Virus record (IMG/VR): IMGVR_UViG_3300040807_001288
Location: 12,710 to 76,709 of that record
DNA from: a virus
Reading direction: 5' to 3' (one strand)
DNA length: 64,000 nucleotides
The notes under the pieces were generated by a model, which saw only the letters and a list, made by a program, of their open reading frames with translations, did no database searches and was not told where the DNA came from. Positions 1-9,515 of this stretch are shown here, one piece after another. The position numbers and the translations under genes were made by a program. The first letter of the stretch is position 1. Each line of letters begins with the position of its first letter.

Positions 1-3000
1 CTTGATGTTATTGTAACTGGCGAGGGTGGAGTTCTTGACGATATTGAAGATCTTTTTCAAGCTACAGGCACTAATTATGTAAACATTACGTCGATCAACG
101 AAGCTACAGGAGTTTTAGATCCTCTAACTGGTGCAGGAATTGTAGACGCAGTTTTGGATGTTACATCCGATGTCATCGACTTGTTTGAGGCAACAGGAAA
201 TAACTTCCATGACATTACTGGTCTTAATACTGCTACAGGATTGTTAGAAGGTGATGTAACTGCTCTTTATGCAGGAACGGGAGTCATTGTTGACGCTACA
301 GGCCCGTTAGATACAATCGCAAATGCTGGTGATGTTGTTAAGTTAGAAGGTCTTGTCTCTAGATCAGATGGTCTAGCTGATATTGCTCAGGATTATGATG
401 ACGCTGGTGGAGATGGAACTCTTTTTCAGGCCCTAGATGCCACAGCCAATCAGTTAGGTCCATTAACTGGCATTACTGTTGGCACGGGGAGTTTAGTTGA
501 TATTCATGAAGATTACAACATTGCTAGGGGTGGGGGAGGTGCTACAGTTCTCAACGATATTAAGGATGGTACTGGCACCAACTTTCATAACCTAACAGGT
601 ATTGCTGAAGCTACAGGAACGCTAGAACCCCTTACGTCAGTTCTTCCTCTAACTGGTCCAGGGATTGTAGATGAGCTTTTAGATGTCACAGCCGATGTCC
701 TCACCTTGTTTGATCAAACTGGTGTTAACTATGATAATATCACGGGGATTGCTGAAGCTACAGGAACGCTAAACACCCTGACTGGAGTTTTACCTCTAAC
801 TGCTACCGATGTCATACCTTACATTCAAGACCTAACAGGTATCAAGACTGAGTTAGTTGAGATTGAAGGTGGTATTTCTTATGCGGGCGGCAGCTTGAGC
901 GTGACTGGAACTTTGAACATTGCTGATGGAAATCTAGACTTTCCATCTACTGGGGGGGACATCGACAATGTTAAGCGTATTGATGGAAGAACCAATACTG
1001 ATCTAACTATTGACAGTGCGAACAACAGAAACTTAATTATTCGCTCTGCTGGAACTGGCGAACTAAAATTGGGGCACGTCGGCAACGGAACATTCGCCAC
1101 CAATAATTTCGCACTCTCTGCGAATAATTGGACATCAACTCATGAAAGGTTAAAAGACCCTATCCTGGGATCAGCGGGTATGTTCGCAGGAACAGGCACC
1201 AACTTTAATAACATAACAGGTATTGCTGAAGCTACAGGGACATTAAACACGCTGACTGGGGTTCTTCCCCTAACAGCCACCGACGTAGTACCGTACATTC
1301 AAGACCTGACGGGTATCAAGACCGAGTTAGTTGCGATTGAATCTGATTACTCTGAGGTAGGAGGCACAACGGTTCTTCAAGATCTAGATGCTACAGCCAC
1401 TCAGCTAGGTCCACTAACTGGTATAGATCTGCTTAACCTCACTGCGATAAATGAATTACTAGACGTTACTTCTGTTCAAGGGTTAGCTGCTATACAAACT
1501 GACAGTGTAGGCTTCCTATTCCCAGGAGGGGGTGTGCTTTCTGGGGCGAATACCTTTCGACCAACGATAGGCAGTGAACTAAAAATTCTAGGCGCTGTAG
1601 ACAATAATCTACAGATTAGAAATAAATCAGGACAACAGCTAATTATAGGTCTAGATGGAGCAAACAATGGTTTTAGTTCAAACGACTTCGCTGCTTCTGC
1701 TGCTAATTGGAGTGAGGTGTACGATGCGTGTGTTGCAGGTGACATTGGTGGAGGAGGAGGGGCTACAAGTATTGCCAGTGCCATACATTACAACCCAACT
1801 ACAGACATCCCAATTGTATCCGATGGCACAGGGCTTCCTGTAAATAACGCAGTTCTTAGATATAATAATACAGTCACTGCGTTTGAGTTTAGAAAAGGAC
1901 AGAATCCGTTTGCTTTAGTCGAAGGAGATACAGTAACCCTAGACCCAACGGTGGTCAATTTATTTAATCTTGGCGATGCCAATATTGGTGGTGGTAATTC
2001 CCTAGATTTCTCAGCAAGTTTTACAACTTCAGGAAACACAAAAACCCTCCTAGAATTTGATGGCAAGAGTCGAGTCGCACTAGGAAGAAACTCAGTCCCA
2101 CTAGAGATTAGTGCTAATGGTGAGTCTGATGTAAGGCTTGAAGATGATGGAACTGATGGTGCGTTTGTACTAATTAAGGGAACTAAGGTTGGGGATTCTC
2201 CAAGTATCAGTCAGGTTCACCTGCAATCTGCGGACCTAAGTGCTGACACTTATTCTTTAGCAACTTTCGATTCCCCTATAGCCACCAATAACACAATAGA
2301 GGCTAACGGCGGTAAGGGATCTTCTCACCCCACAGCGGGAGGTCAGGTCCTTCAAAGTAGAGGATCCTCTACGGCGGTTACTTGGGGTAACAAGAAGAAG
2401 CTCAGGTGGTATGAGAGTGATTTCCACTCAGCAGATGTTAGAATTAATGGACCTTGGCTTGGGGCTGCGGTAAATGCGGGAACCACTGGTGCTGGTGTCA
2501 GTCCTACATCTCTATGGTCAGAAATGATCGGAGCGGTTCTGCTTAAATCTAGTACCACAGCAGATTCAGGGTATCGTTGGGATTCACAAGCTATGGACAG
2601 GATAGCCCCCAGAAAAAACTTATTCTTTGAGTGCATCTTCGCTGTTCCCGATGACTTCACAAATAAAACAGCTAAGTTTGGGTTTTACGATGATGCAACC
2701 AATGCCACAGCGGCGGTGGATGGAACTTATTTCCTAATCGACAATAGCGGAAATATAACACCAGAAACAGCAAATAATAGCACTCGAACAACTGGGGCTA
2801 CTTATGCCTTATCCGTGGACACTGTGTATAAAGCTCAAATTTGGTGGAGCACTAGCACCACGGCAATATTTAAATTAACAGATATGGATGAGTCTACTGT
2901 TCATCAAACCTGGACAATTTCTACTAATCTCCCCTCTGGAACTGCGCGCAGATTTGGTGCGGGTGCAGTTGCAAAAAGTTCAGGGACGGCTGTAGATGGG

Positions 3001-3063
3001 TTATTTGTTTTAGATTATATGGGTTGGGGACTCTATCCATATAGAGAGGATGACTCAATTTAG
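1..3063 (+). CDS. Large virion fibre/structural protein with internal TG-rich repeats (5' truncated)
   Basis: Frame 1 is open from base 1, so the gene begins before the window. Repeats of NxxxITGIAEATGTLxxLTxVLPLT, a G/T/D-rich composition and a beta-rich C-terminal domain suggest a fibre. Confidence 0.55.
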   Translation, partial: LDVIVTGEGGVLDDIEDLFQATGTNYVNITSINEATGVLDPLTGAGIVDAVLDVTSDVIDLFEATGNNFHDITGLNTATGLLEGDVTALYAGTGVIVDATGPLDTIANAGDVVKLEGLVSRSDGLADIAQDYDDAGGDGTLFQALDATANQLGPLTGITVGTGSLVDIHEDYNIARGGGGATVLNDIKDGTGTNFHNLTGIAEATGTLEPLTSVLPLTGPGIVDELLDVTADVLTLFDQTGVNYDNITGIAEATGTLNTLTGVLPLTATDVIPYIQDLTGIKTELVEIEGGISYAGGSLSVTGTLNIADGNLDFPSTGGDIDNVKRIDGRTNTDLTIDSANNRNLIIRSAGTGELKLGHVGNGTFATNNFALSANNWTSTHERLKDPILGSAGMFAGTGTNFNNITGIAEATGTLNTLTGVLPLTATDVVPYIQDLTGIKTELVAIESDYSEVGGTTVLQDLDATATQLGPLTGIDLLNLTAINELLDVTSVQGLAAIQTDSVGFLFPGGGVLSGANTFRPTIGSELKILGAVDNNLQIRNKSGQQLIIGLDGANNGFSSNDFAASAANWSEVYDACVAGDIGGGGGATSIASAIHYNPTTDIPIVSDGTGLPVNNAVLRYNNTVTAFEFRKGQNPFALVEGDTVTLDPTVVNLFNLGDANIGGGNSLDFSASFTTSGNTKTLLEFDGKSRVALGRNSVPLEISANGESDVRLEDDGTDGAFVLIKGTKVGDSPSISQVHLQSADLSADTYSLATFDSPIATNNTIEANGGKGSSHPTAGGQVLQSRGSSTAVTWGNKKKLRWYESDFHSADVRINGPWLGAAVNAGTTGAGVSPTSLWSEMIGAVLLKSSTTADSGYRWDSQAMDRIAPRKNLFFECIFAVPDDFTNKTAKFGFYDDATNATAAVDGTYFLIDNSGNITPETANNSTRTTGATYALSVDTVYKAQIWWSTSTTAIFKLTDMDESTVHQTWTISTNLPSGTARRFGAGAVAKSSGTAVDGLFVLDYMGWGLYPYREDDSI
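583..1340 (+). repeat. Three dispersed copies of a coding repeat (about 583-655, 724-866, 1195-1340)
   Basis: ATTGCTGAAGCTACAGG core in all three. Copies 2 and 3 encode a near-identical peptide ITGIAEATGTLNTLTGVLPLTATDVxPYIQDLTGIKTELV with many synonymous differences. Confidence 0.85.
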
Positions 3064-3089
3064 CGGGGTAATTATTGGAGACTAACGAT

Positions 3090-3320
3090 ATGGAAAGAAG
3101 AAATCTCATAAATAAAGATACCATGTTACCCTTGGGTATGGTTATATCAATTTGTGCTGGCGTTGTGTGGATCAGCACAGAGCTAAACCATATAAACTAC
3201 AAACTAGATATACTTGAAGGCAAGTTAGAAGATCAGTGGACCAAGCGAGACATGGAGAACTGGGGGCTTCGGTTACGAATGGAGAATCCAGAAATCGTCA
3301 TACCTCCAATGGACGATTAA
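3090..3320 (+). CDS. Small single-pass membrane protein (holin-like candidate)
   Basis: GGAG at 3077-3080 precedes ATG 3090. Hydrophobic segment LPLGMVISICAGVVWI is followed by a coiled-coil-like tail. Confidence 0.5.
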   Translation: MERRNLINKDTMLPLGMVISICAGVVWISTELNHINYKLDILEGKLEDQWTKRDMENWGLRLRMENPEIVIPPMDD

Positions 3321-3544
3321 TTTAGCATGTGATTCTGCTTCGCTGCTCGCAATAACCTCCATAAATGATTGTCTTTTATGGAGGTTATAGTAGTGATAGA
3401 ATTTTCCAATCTACGGATTTCATCCTCAGAAATTGTGGGAGTAGTAAGGACCTTTTTAATATCCTCTACTACCTCTAACAAGTTTCTTTTGTCAGCCTCC
3501 GATATTTGAAATATCTCTTTTTCAATTGTCTGTTTAGCTTTCAT
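3317..3544 (-). CDS. Hypothetical protein
   Basis: 75-aa ORF coupled to the upstream minus-strand gene by an ATGA overlap. Confidence 0.65.
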   Translation of the reverse strand: MKAKQTIEKEIFQISEADKRNLLEVVEDIKKVLTTPTISEDEIRRLENSITTITSIKDNHLWRLLRAAKQNHMLN

Positions 3545-4134
3545 CGCATTATCTCAATCTTCTTGTCCCAGCAGCTAATCATTAAGCTTATTCTGGATGT
3601 TCCTTGTTGCAGATGCTTTATGGGTAAAACACCGTGAGCCATATTCCCTTCGAAGATAACCAGTCTGTTAGGTTTGTATGGTATCTTGAGCCAGTCCTCG
3701 GCTTCCGATCTATCTTTTAGATCGTAAATGTTTGTCTCAAACTTGTAGCCTGGGTGATAACCGTTTGTGTCCATCACAAGCTCGCCGCCTTCCATACCAT
3801 CATCACCCCCCAAGAATATAACGGCAGTCTTTTTGGCTGTCTCTATATCTTCTGCTGCTTCATCACAATCCACATGATGGCTTAGGTGGTTCACTTCTTT
3901 GTCTAAGGAGTTAACCCATACTTCAAATCCATTGCTATTGAAGGCGGGATCAATAGTAGGCAAAGCTCTAATTATTTTGCATATATATTTTTCTGTATGA
4001 TCCTTATGTTTGTTCCCCCAAACGTACTTGCTAGTGAAAAAATCAAACTGCCAGGAGCCAGCGTAGTGAAAGAACCTATAAAGTTCTTCTAATATGTTAT
4101 CTTCGGAAAGGAAATCATCTATTATCTTAATCAC
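3541..4134 (-). CDS. 2OG-Fe(II) oxygenase (prolyl hydroxylase-like fold)
   Basis: HxD (HVD), GGEL, PNRLVIF, distal His (AHGV) and RxS (SRIS) motifs. Confidence 0.85.
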   Translation of the reverse strand: MIKIIDDFLSEDNILEELYRFFHYAGSWQFDFFTSKYVWGNKHKDHTEKYICKIIRALPTIDPAFNSNGFEVWVNSLDKEVNHLSHHVDCDEAAEDIETAKKTAVIFLGGDDGMEGGELVMDTNGYHPGYKFETNIYDLKDRSEAEDWLKIPYKPNRLVIFEGNMAHGVLPIKHLQQGTSRISLMISCWDKKIEIMR

Positions 4135-5504
4135 AGAATGTTGACCGTATGGCCCTCTCTTTCGTAGTGGCGCTTCCTATTAGAAGAATGCTCGATCAAG
4201 TATTTCTCCTTGTCTAGGAAATCATAAATATATACTACGCTTTTGCTTTCATGCCTTCTTAATGCTCGACCAAGTGCTTGTAGTGTAGCAATCTCGGACT
4301 TCATCCCCCTGGCATTAATGAAGTGAGTGATCTCTTCAATGTTCACTCCTGTTTGCAATATTTTGGTTCCAATAAGCACGCTAGATTCTTCACATCCTCG
4401 GAATCTAGAAATACAGTCATACCGCTCTGTGATGGAATTAGCCCCTTCCAGGAACTCGACGGATCCTCCAACCAGCTTTTCCAGGGATCTTCCATGATCA
4501 AGTGATTGGGTAAGAATAAGTATGCGGGCTTTTTCATTGTCTTCTCTGATAGCATCTACTACACCTTTTATAATATTGTTTCTAGATTTGTTATTTACTA
4601 TGTAATTTTCGTACACAGTTAGATATCCTTGATCCTCATCCAAGCCACTAGCATCATAAGGTCTATCAATAAGCTGAATGATTGGTTTGGTTAACTTACC
4701 CTCCTCTACCAAGGAGGCGGTGTCCACCTGCTGTATAACCCCTCCCAGAGCGCCTTCAAGGTTATATCTAGGAATGTCATCATTGGGAGGGGTAGCGGTA
4801 AATCCGAAGCGATACCGAGCCTTAGGGAAGCTTCTGATGGCAGCTAAGGTCGTCTTGCCGTTAGAAAACTCATGACACTCATCCACCATGAGGACTTCTG
4901 CTTCGTCGAGGTGTGTGTCAAGTATTCGTTCAATACTTTGAACAGTACATAACATGATATCACCCTGAACAAAACCCTCACCGTAACAAAGACCAACATT
5001 ATCAAAGCCGCAAGCTTCAGTGAGGAAATCATAAGACTGAGTTAGTAGTTGTTTGGCGTTGAATAGGATTACCATTTTCCTACCCTCTAAAGCTTTGATT
5101 AGCCCCGCCATAATCAATGTTTTTCCCGAACCCGTGGGGGACTTGATTATCCCTCTCTTATTATGTAGCCCTTGTGAGATTAGTTCCTCTTGATAGTCAT
5201 AATACTTAAAGCCATGAATTTGCTTAGTGTTTAGAGGCTTGTTCTCTACTGGAGGGAGGTTGTACACGATCTCTGGCGTACAGTTAATTTTCTTGAGGTC
5301 TTCTAGTAGCCTAGATAATAAGCCAGTCCTTAAAACTCCTCCCTTTGTAATGAAGTGAGTTTTGCCATCCCACTGCCTCCTCTTGTAAACGGCAGAGTAT
5401 GCAGCACCTGGAACCTTAAACGAGTACATGTCGTACAAGGCTTTCAAGAGTTCGGGATTGTCCGTCTCGATTCGTGAATTTATATTATCTACATGAATCT
5501 TCAT
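4131..5504 (-). CDS. uvsW: UvsW-like SF2 DNA helicase
   Basis: Walker A SPTGSGKT, DECH, TAT, QALGRALR and the WDGK N-terminal motif. Start is more likely ATG 5504 (MKIHVDN) than 5558. Confidence 0.88.
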   Translation of the reverse strand: MKIHVDNINSRIETDNPELLKALYDMYSFKVPGAAYSAVYKRRQWDGKTHFITKGGVLRTGLLSRLLEDLKKINCTPEIVYNLPPVENKPLNTKQIHGFKYYDYQEELISQGLHNKRGIIKSPTGSGKTLIMAGLIKALEGRKMVILFNAKQLLTQSYDFLTEACGFDNVGLCYGEGFVQGDIMLCTVQSIERILDTHLDEAEVLMVDECHEFSNGKTTLAAIRSFPKARYRFGFTATPPNDDIPRYNLEGALGGVIQQVDTASLVEEGKLTKPIIQLIDRPYDASGLDEDQGYLTVYENYIVNNKSRNNIIKGVVDAIREDNEKARILILTQSLDHGRSLEKLVGGSVEFLEGANSITERYDCISRFRGCEESSVLIGTKILQTGVNIEEITHFINARGMKSEIATLQALGRALRRHESKSVVYIYDFLDKEKYLIEHSSNRKRHYEREGHTVNIL

Positions 5505-5508
5505 CAAA

Positions 5509-5533
5509 CTATTATAGAGTATATAATACTCTA
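5509..5533. promoter_or_regulatory. Divergent promoter region: CTATTATAG plus palindrome TAGAGTAT-ata-ATACTCTA
   Basis: Minus-strand TATAAT lies 6 nt before the helicase ATG. Perfect 8-bp inverted repeat at 5515-5533. AGGAG RBS precedes 5548. Confidence 0.55.
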
Positions 5534-5547
5534 CTAGGAGTCTATTT

Positions 5548-6291
5548 ATGCTGAACAATCAAGTAAATGATCCTGCCAAGCAGGAGGTCATCGAAGACCT
5601 TTTAAAAGATCTTCCTTCAGATACCGCTATAGAGTTGGAGCTTCCCTCAGAAAACAGAGTGTACGCTTTGGAAGATCCAGGGGCACCTATAACCCTAAGG
5701 CCCATGACCTTCGAGGATGAAAAAGCTTTAGTGAGTGCTAAGAAGACTGAGGATCCCGTCAACATGATTTTACAGAGGTGTGCCACTAATGTAAAAATTC
5801 CAGACCTCCTCTCAATGGATAAGCTCTACATGATCATGAAGCTTAGAGAAATCTCCTACGGAGATGACTACAACACTCTGCTAGTCTGCACTCATTGCAA
5901 GGCGGAAAACCCTACAACGGTAAAGCTCTCCACGCTCAACATAAATCCAGTTCCTGACGATTTTGCAGACCCAGTAACTGTCATGTTGCCCACTTTGAAG
6001 AAGGAAGCAAAGGTGAGATTGCCTAGAGTTAGAGATGAGCGAATGATGTCGGATACCGAGACTGCTTTAGATCAGCTATGGAGATTCGTGGTCGAGATCG
6101 CTGGTCATACTGACAAGTCCATCATTGCCCCTGTAATAGACAAGCTGCCCCTAAAGGATGTCAGAACTATCCTAAACGCTATTAAGAGCGACTACGGCGT
6201 TGATACTAAGGTCAAGTTCCAGTGCAACGAATGCGGAGGGGTGTCTATTGTAGACCTACCAATAGATGCAAATTTTTTCGATGTGAACTAG
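5548..6291 (+). CDS. T4 gp26-like baseplate hub assembly protein
   Basis: LPS...LRPMTFEDEK, KLREISYGDDY, two CxxC pairs and the C-terminal ...NFF typical of the gp26 family. Confidence 0.8.
   Translation: MLNNQVNDPAKQEVIEDLLKDLPSDTAIELELPSENRVYALEDPGAPITLRPMTFEDEKALVSAKKTEDPVNMILQRCATNVKIPDLLSMDKLYMIMKLREISYGDDYNTLLVCTHCKAENPTTVKLSTLNINPVPDDFADPVTVMLPTLKKEAKVRLPRVRDERMMSDTETALDQLWRFVVEIAGHTDKSIIAPVIDKLPLKDVRTILNAIKSDYGVDTKVKFQCNECGGVSIVDLPIDANFFDVN
6270..6279 (+). other. Candidate -1 programmed ribosomal frameshift site (A AAT TTT TTC)
   Basis: Two overlapping in-frame X XXY YYZ heptamers just before the stop. The -1 frame is open to 6470. Confidence 0.7.
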
Positions 6292-6470
6292 AAGAAGTAA
6301 TTGATGTAGACAATCTTCTTCTAGAAGCCTATATACTTGTAAAACGAGCTAGGTTCACTTATGCGGATGTAAAGGGTATGACTCGCATGGAGAGGACCAT
6401 ATTCATAAAACTTCTTAAAGAGGACTTGGAGAGAGAAAGCGATGCAATTAAACGGAACTCAGGTAGTTGA
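6270..6470 (+). CDS. gp51-like baseplate hub assembly chaperone, probably expressed as a frameshift extension
   Basis: FTYADVKGMTRMERTIFIKLL resembles the gp51-family pattern. No convincing independent start codon with an RBS. Confidence 0.65.
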   Translation, partial: KFFRCELEEVIDVDNLLLEAYILVKRARFTYADVKGMTRMERTIFIKLLKEDLERESDAIKRNSGS

Positions 6471-7395
6471 TAGGCATAACAGACCCACTGTGATTCAGAA
6501 GGTCGCCCTGAGGGCGTTCTTCATCAATGATGGTCAGTATTACGACCCTTATGACATTAGTGGTGTAACTATTTTTCAAAAGGCTTCTAACTTTACGCCG
6601 AGTAGCCTTCTAGCAACTGATAACGTACTAGTTTCTAGTATACCTGGGGACATCATCCAGATGCACTTCACTCCGTCAGGGAACGATGGAGGTACTCCTG
6701 CTCAGGATCCTAGTGGCTATAACCCAGGGACTGACATTAGATCAACCAGCGGTGTCTATCGAGTACAACAAGGGGAGTATATGGTCGTTCTTGATGGGAC
6801 TCAAGACACCTCAGGAATCTATAACTTCTATGGATCCTCGCTAGTTGTGGAAAATGCGGCGAGCGCGGTAAACGATTACATCGACTGCTGGACCATCAAA
6901 TTTGCAGAAGGCTCAGACTATCAGACATTAATCAGTGATTTCCATCTGTACGATGACACGTTCTTCACGATAACTCAGCCACTACTTCTCAAGACAAGGA
7001 ACAAGTTACTGAACAAACATGTTACCCTAAGTTCTATAGAGAACATGACCGTCACCACTGAGATCACTATTCAAAACAAAGACATAGATAGCAGCGTGAA
7101 GAACATTTTTAAGGACTCCGCTATCACTAGTGCAATGATGCAAATAGAGAAGGTCAACGAGGATTCCACCACACTTCCAGCCACAGTGGTAGTTTCTAGC
7201 TTCGCTGATACTCAGTCCGTTATGGACATAACTTCAGACAATACAATATTATTTAGATTCGACACGACAACCTTGGCAACACATCCCAGAGTCGCAGACT
7301 TTGGAGGACTTACTGGAACTTACAGGGCAACCGTAAAGTATAACCTGCTCAACGAGAGCATCATATCGCCCCCTTACTATTTCACAATAAGCTAA
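6442..7395 (+). CDS. Hypothetical, probably virion-associated protein
   Basis: 317-aa ORF with GGAG upstream, beta-rich, in the baseplate context. Confidence 0.6.
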   Translation: MQLNGTQVVDRHNRPTVIQKVALRAFFINDGQYYDPYDISGVTIFQKASNFTPSSLLATDNVLVSSIPGDIIQMHFTPSGNDGGTPAQDPSGYNPGTDIRSTSGVYRVQQGEYMVVLDGTQDTSGIYNFYGSSLVVENAASAVNDYIDCWTIKFAEGSDYQTLISDFHLYDDTFFTITQPLLLKTRNKLLNKHVTLSSIENMTVTTEITIQNKDIDSSVKNIFKDSAITSAMMQIEKVNEDSTTLPATVVVSSFADTQSVMDITSDNTILFRFDTTTLATHPRVADFGGLTGTYRATVKYNLLNESIISPPYYFTIS

Positions 7396-8377
7396 CTTCG
7401 TTAAACATTTTATATTCAAAATTGTACAGTGAGCTTTCCTGATCAATCCAGTCGGGGAGGCTCACTCCCTTTATATGGCACTCGTTCCAATCCTTGTAGG
7501 GATCGGGAGGTGAGCAGACATAAAACTCATCCATAAGGCGTTCCCTTCGCAGCCTGTCAAAAGCTTCGCAGCCACGCTCCCCCGCTGCATCATTATCAAA
7601 CCCTAGAATGATCCTTCCCTGAAATGTGGATAGAATATCCGCCTGTCTTGGGCTGATGATATTCTTCATGGTAGCTGTTGCATTTACGCCCTGAAGCTGA
7701 AGAGACTTAGCATCTAGAGGTCCTTCGCAGACGACAACATAGTCAGCCTCCTCATCGTAAGGGTACAGCACATCTGATGACGGAGGCGCAATCTCGATGG
7801 ACGGGTTTAGATACTTAGGCTGCTGATCTCCAAGAGCCCTGCCCTGAAAGTAATAAACAACACCATCCTTCTCAAAAGGGATGATGATTCGATTAGCGAA
7901 CTTACCCTCAACACACAGGTAGTATTCAGCCTCTGGGTAGCCTTCATCCTCAGTCAGTAGATGCCTATCCCAAAGCTGCTTCCACGCATTCAGTAGCTTA
8001 GGGTCATCAGAGTAACCTGTCTCAATATTGATAGGAAGTAGCTTGCTGGTGTCTAGCTCAAGCTGCTGAACCTTTTTAAACTCTTGAGGCGGTTCCTGTC
8101 CAAGGAACTCAAAGTTCTTAATCATCAGGTCACGTTGGGCGCGAAAGTACGGAAGCTCCTCCACCTCTGAGTACAGGCGCGTGAAGTTACCTGTCCTTCC
8201 TGTCTTGAAGCACTGCCACAGCCCACTAACTATATTGACGCTCATGTGCTTCTTCCAATCATTCTTCACAAAGACAGACTCCATGATGAATTCTTCCCCA
8301 TTAGAAGATAAGCGGCCTTTATCTCCAAAGTTCCTGGTGATATACTCTTTAATAAATTGAGGTGCTATGATGTACAT
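7382..8377 (-). CDS. DNA primase (DnaG/TOPRIM type)
   Basis: RIIIPF, FQGR, PKYLN, VCEGPLD, FDNDAAG and KDWNE motifs. Confidence 0.92.
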   Translation of the reverse strand: MYIIAPQFIKEYITRNFGDKGRLSSNGEEFIMESVFVKNDWKKHMSVNIVSGLWQCFKTGRTGNFTRLYSEVEELPYFRAQRDLMIKNFEFLGQEPPQEFKKVQQLELDTSKLLPINIETGYSDDPKLLNAWKQLWDRHLLTEDEGYPEAEYYLCVEGKFANRIIIPFEKDGVVYYFQGRALGDQQPKYLNPSIEIAPPSSDVLYPYDEEADYVVVCEGPLDAKSLQLQGVNATATMKNIISPRQADILSTFQGRIILGFDNDAAGERGCEAFDRLRRERLMDEFYVCSPPDPYKDWNECHIKGVSLPDWIDQESSLYNFEYKMFNEVSLL

Positions 8378-9152
8378 AAAAACTATTTCCGAATCTAAAT
8401 ACCAGACGTTTAAGCAGTGTAAGCTGAAGTATCGTTATCGCTATGTTGACCGACTCCCCGAACCCGAAGAATCGAATACTGAGGCTCTACACTTCGGATC
8501 CTATATCCACAAGATCCTTGAGGACGGAGTAAACTGCACCACAGAGGGTGAGCTAGTTCAGATCGCTGAAGAGGTGAAGGGCACATACAAGATATCAGAG
8601 AAGTACAACGGCAAGGATTTAAAATGCATTCAAAATTTTCTAGACTTCAACTCCAACCTTTCAGGAACAATAGCAACAGAGCTTGTATTTGAGGTTCCCG
8701 TAAAAGACGATATCACACTAAACGGAATCATCGACCGTGTGATCAAGGGTAAGGATGGTGGATTCCTCATCATTGACTATAAGACTTCAAAAAGAGAGAA
8801 GACCAAAGTGGACCTATACCAGGACACTCAGTTGAAGGGATACGTCTACGCGATTAGTAAGCTGTACGATGTTCCTATTAAGAACATTGTGGCGGCTCAT
8901 TACTACCCTCTGACGAATAACTTTGTCCACGTTACCTACTCGGTTCCTCAGATCACGGCTCATGCGAGAAAGATTGTCGATGAGGTCTGGAAGATTCGTA
9001 AGAGCAAGAAGGACGATATGAGGCCCAGCAGAAATGATTTCTGTAACTGGTGTGCCTACAAGACTGCCTGTCCTGAGTTCTGTACCATGCATGAAGTGCA
9101 GAACAAGATAGAAGAGCTAAAGTCTAAAAAGAAACCTAGGAAGAAATCCTAG
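8367..9152 (+). CDS. PD-(D/E)XK exonuclease, Cas4/RecB-like
   Basis: GIIDR, IIDYKTS and QLxxY motifs. N-terminal Cys plus C-terminal CxxC-x5-C, the Fe-S staple pattern. Confidence 0.88.
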   Translation: MMYIKTISESKYQTFKQCKLKYRYRYVDRLPEPEESNTEALHFGSYIHKILEDGVNCTTEGELVQIAEEVKGTYKISEKYNGKDLKCIQNFLDFNSNLSGTIATELVFEVPVKDDITLNGIIDRVIKGKDGGFLIIDYKTSKREKTKVDLYQDTQLKGYVYAISKLYDVPIKNIVAAHYYPLTNNFVHVTYSVPQITAHARKIVDEVWKIRKSKKDDMRPSRNDFCNWCAYKTACPEFCTMHEVQNKIEELKSKKKPRKKS

Positions 9153-9435
9153 GATACGTTCCGTGAATGAACGGAGCATAGATATCTATTTGTATAGAGA
9201 CAAAGAAGTTATGTACCTGCTCTGGTGAGTATTTGCATTTCTTGGTTAGATAGTTAAACAGCATCTCCAGCTTAATAGGCTTCTGCTTGTTCATTGCATC
9301 CAGAACCTTGAACTGGAAATGCTTGATGAACTTTTCGCTGTACTTGTGCCGCCATTTCTCCACAAAGGAGTAACTTAAAGTATCATTTATTAAATCAAGA
9401 AAATCAATAATCTCTATATCTAGGTTATAACTCAT
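9136..9435 (-). CDS. Hypothetical protein
   Basis: 99-aa ORF filling the gap between flanking genes. Confidence 0.6.
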   Translation of the reverse strand: MSYNLDIEIIDFLDLINDTLSYSFVEKWRHKYSEKFIKHFQFKVLDAMNKQKPIKLEMLFNYLTKKCKYSPEQVHNFFVSIQIDIYAPFIHGTYPRISS

Positions 9436-9515
9436 TTAAATAGTAAATATATAATACATATTATTTAATTTAGTATATTATTTAATATATATTAGTTAAT
9501 ATATAATAAGAAGCG
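9436..9515. promoter_or_regulatory. Extremely AT-rich divergent intergenic region (promoters and/or origin-like)
   Basis: Almost entirely A/T, with a direct repeat ATATTATTTAAT and two TATAAT boxes. Confidence 0.5.

Noticed and set aside
5505-5558. Helicase start at 5558
   Set aside because: It would overlap the opposite gene's RBS and start. ATG 5504 sits just after a TATAAT box.
8367-9152. Cas4-like gene as evidence of a CRISPR-Cas system
   Set aside because: No repeat-spacer array or other cas genes are present. Solo Cas4/RecB-like nucleases are common in phages.
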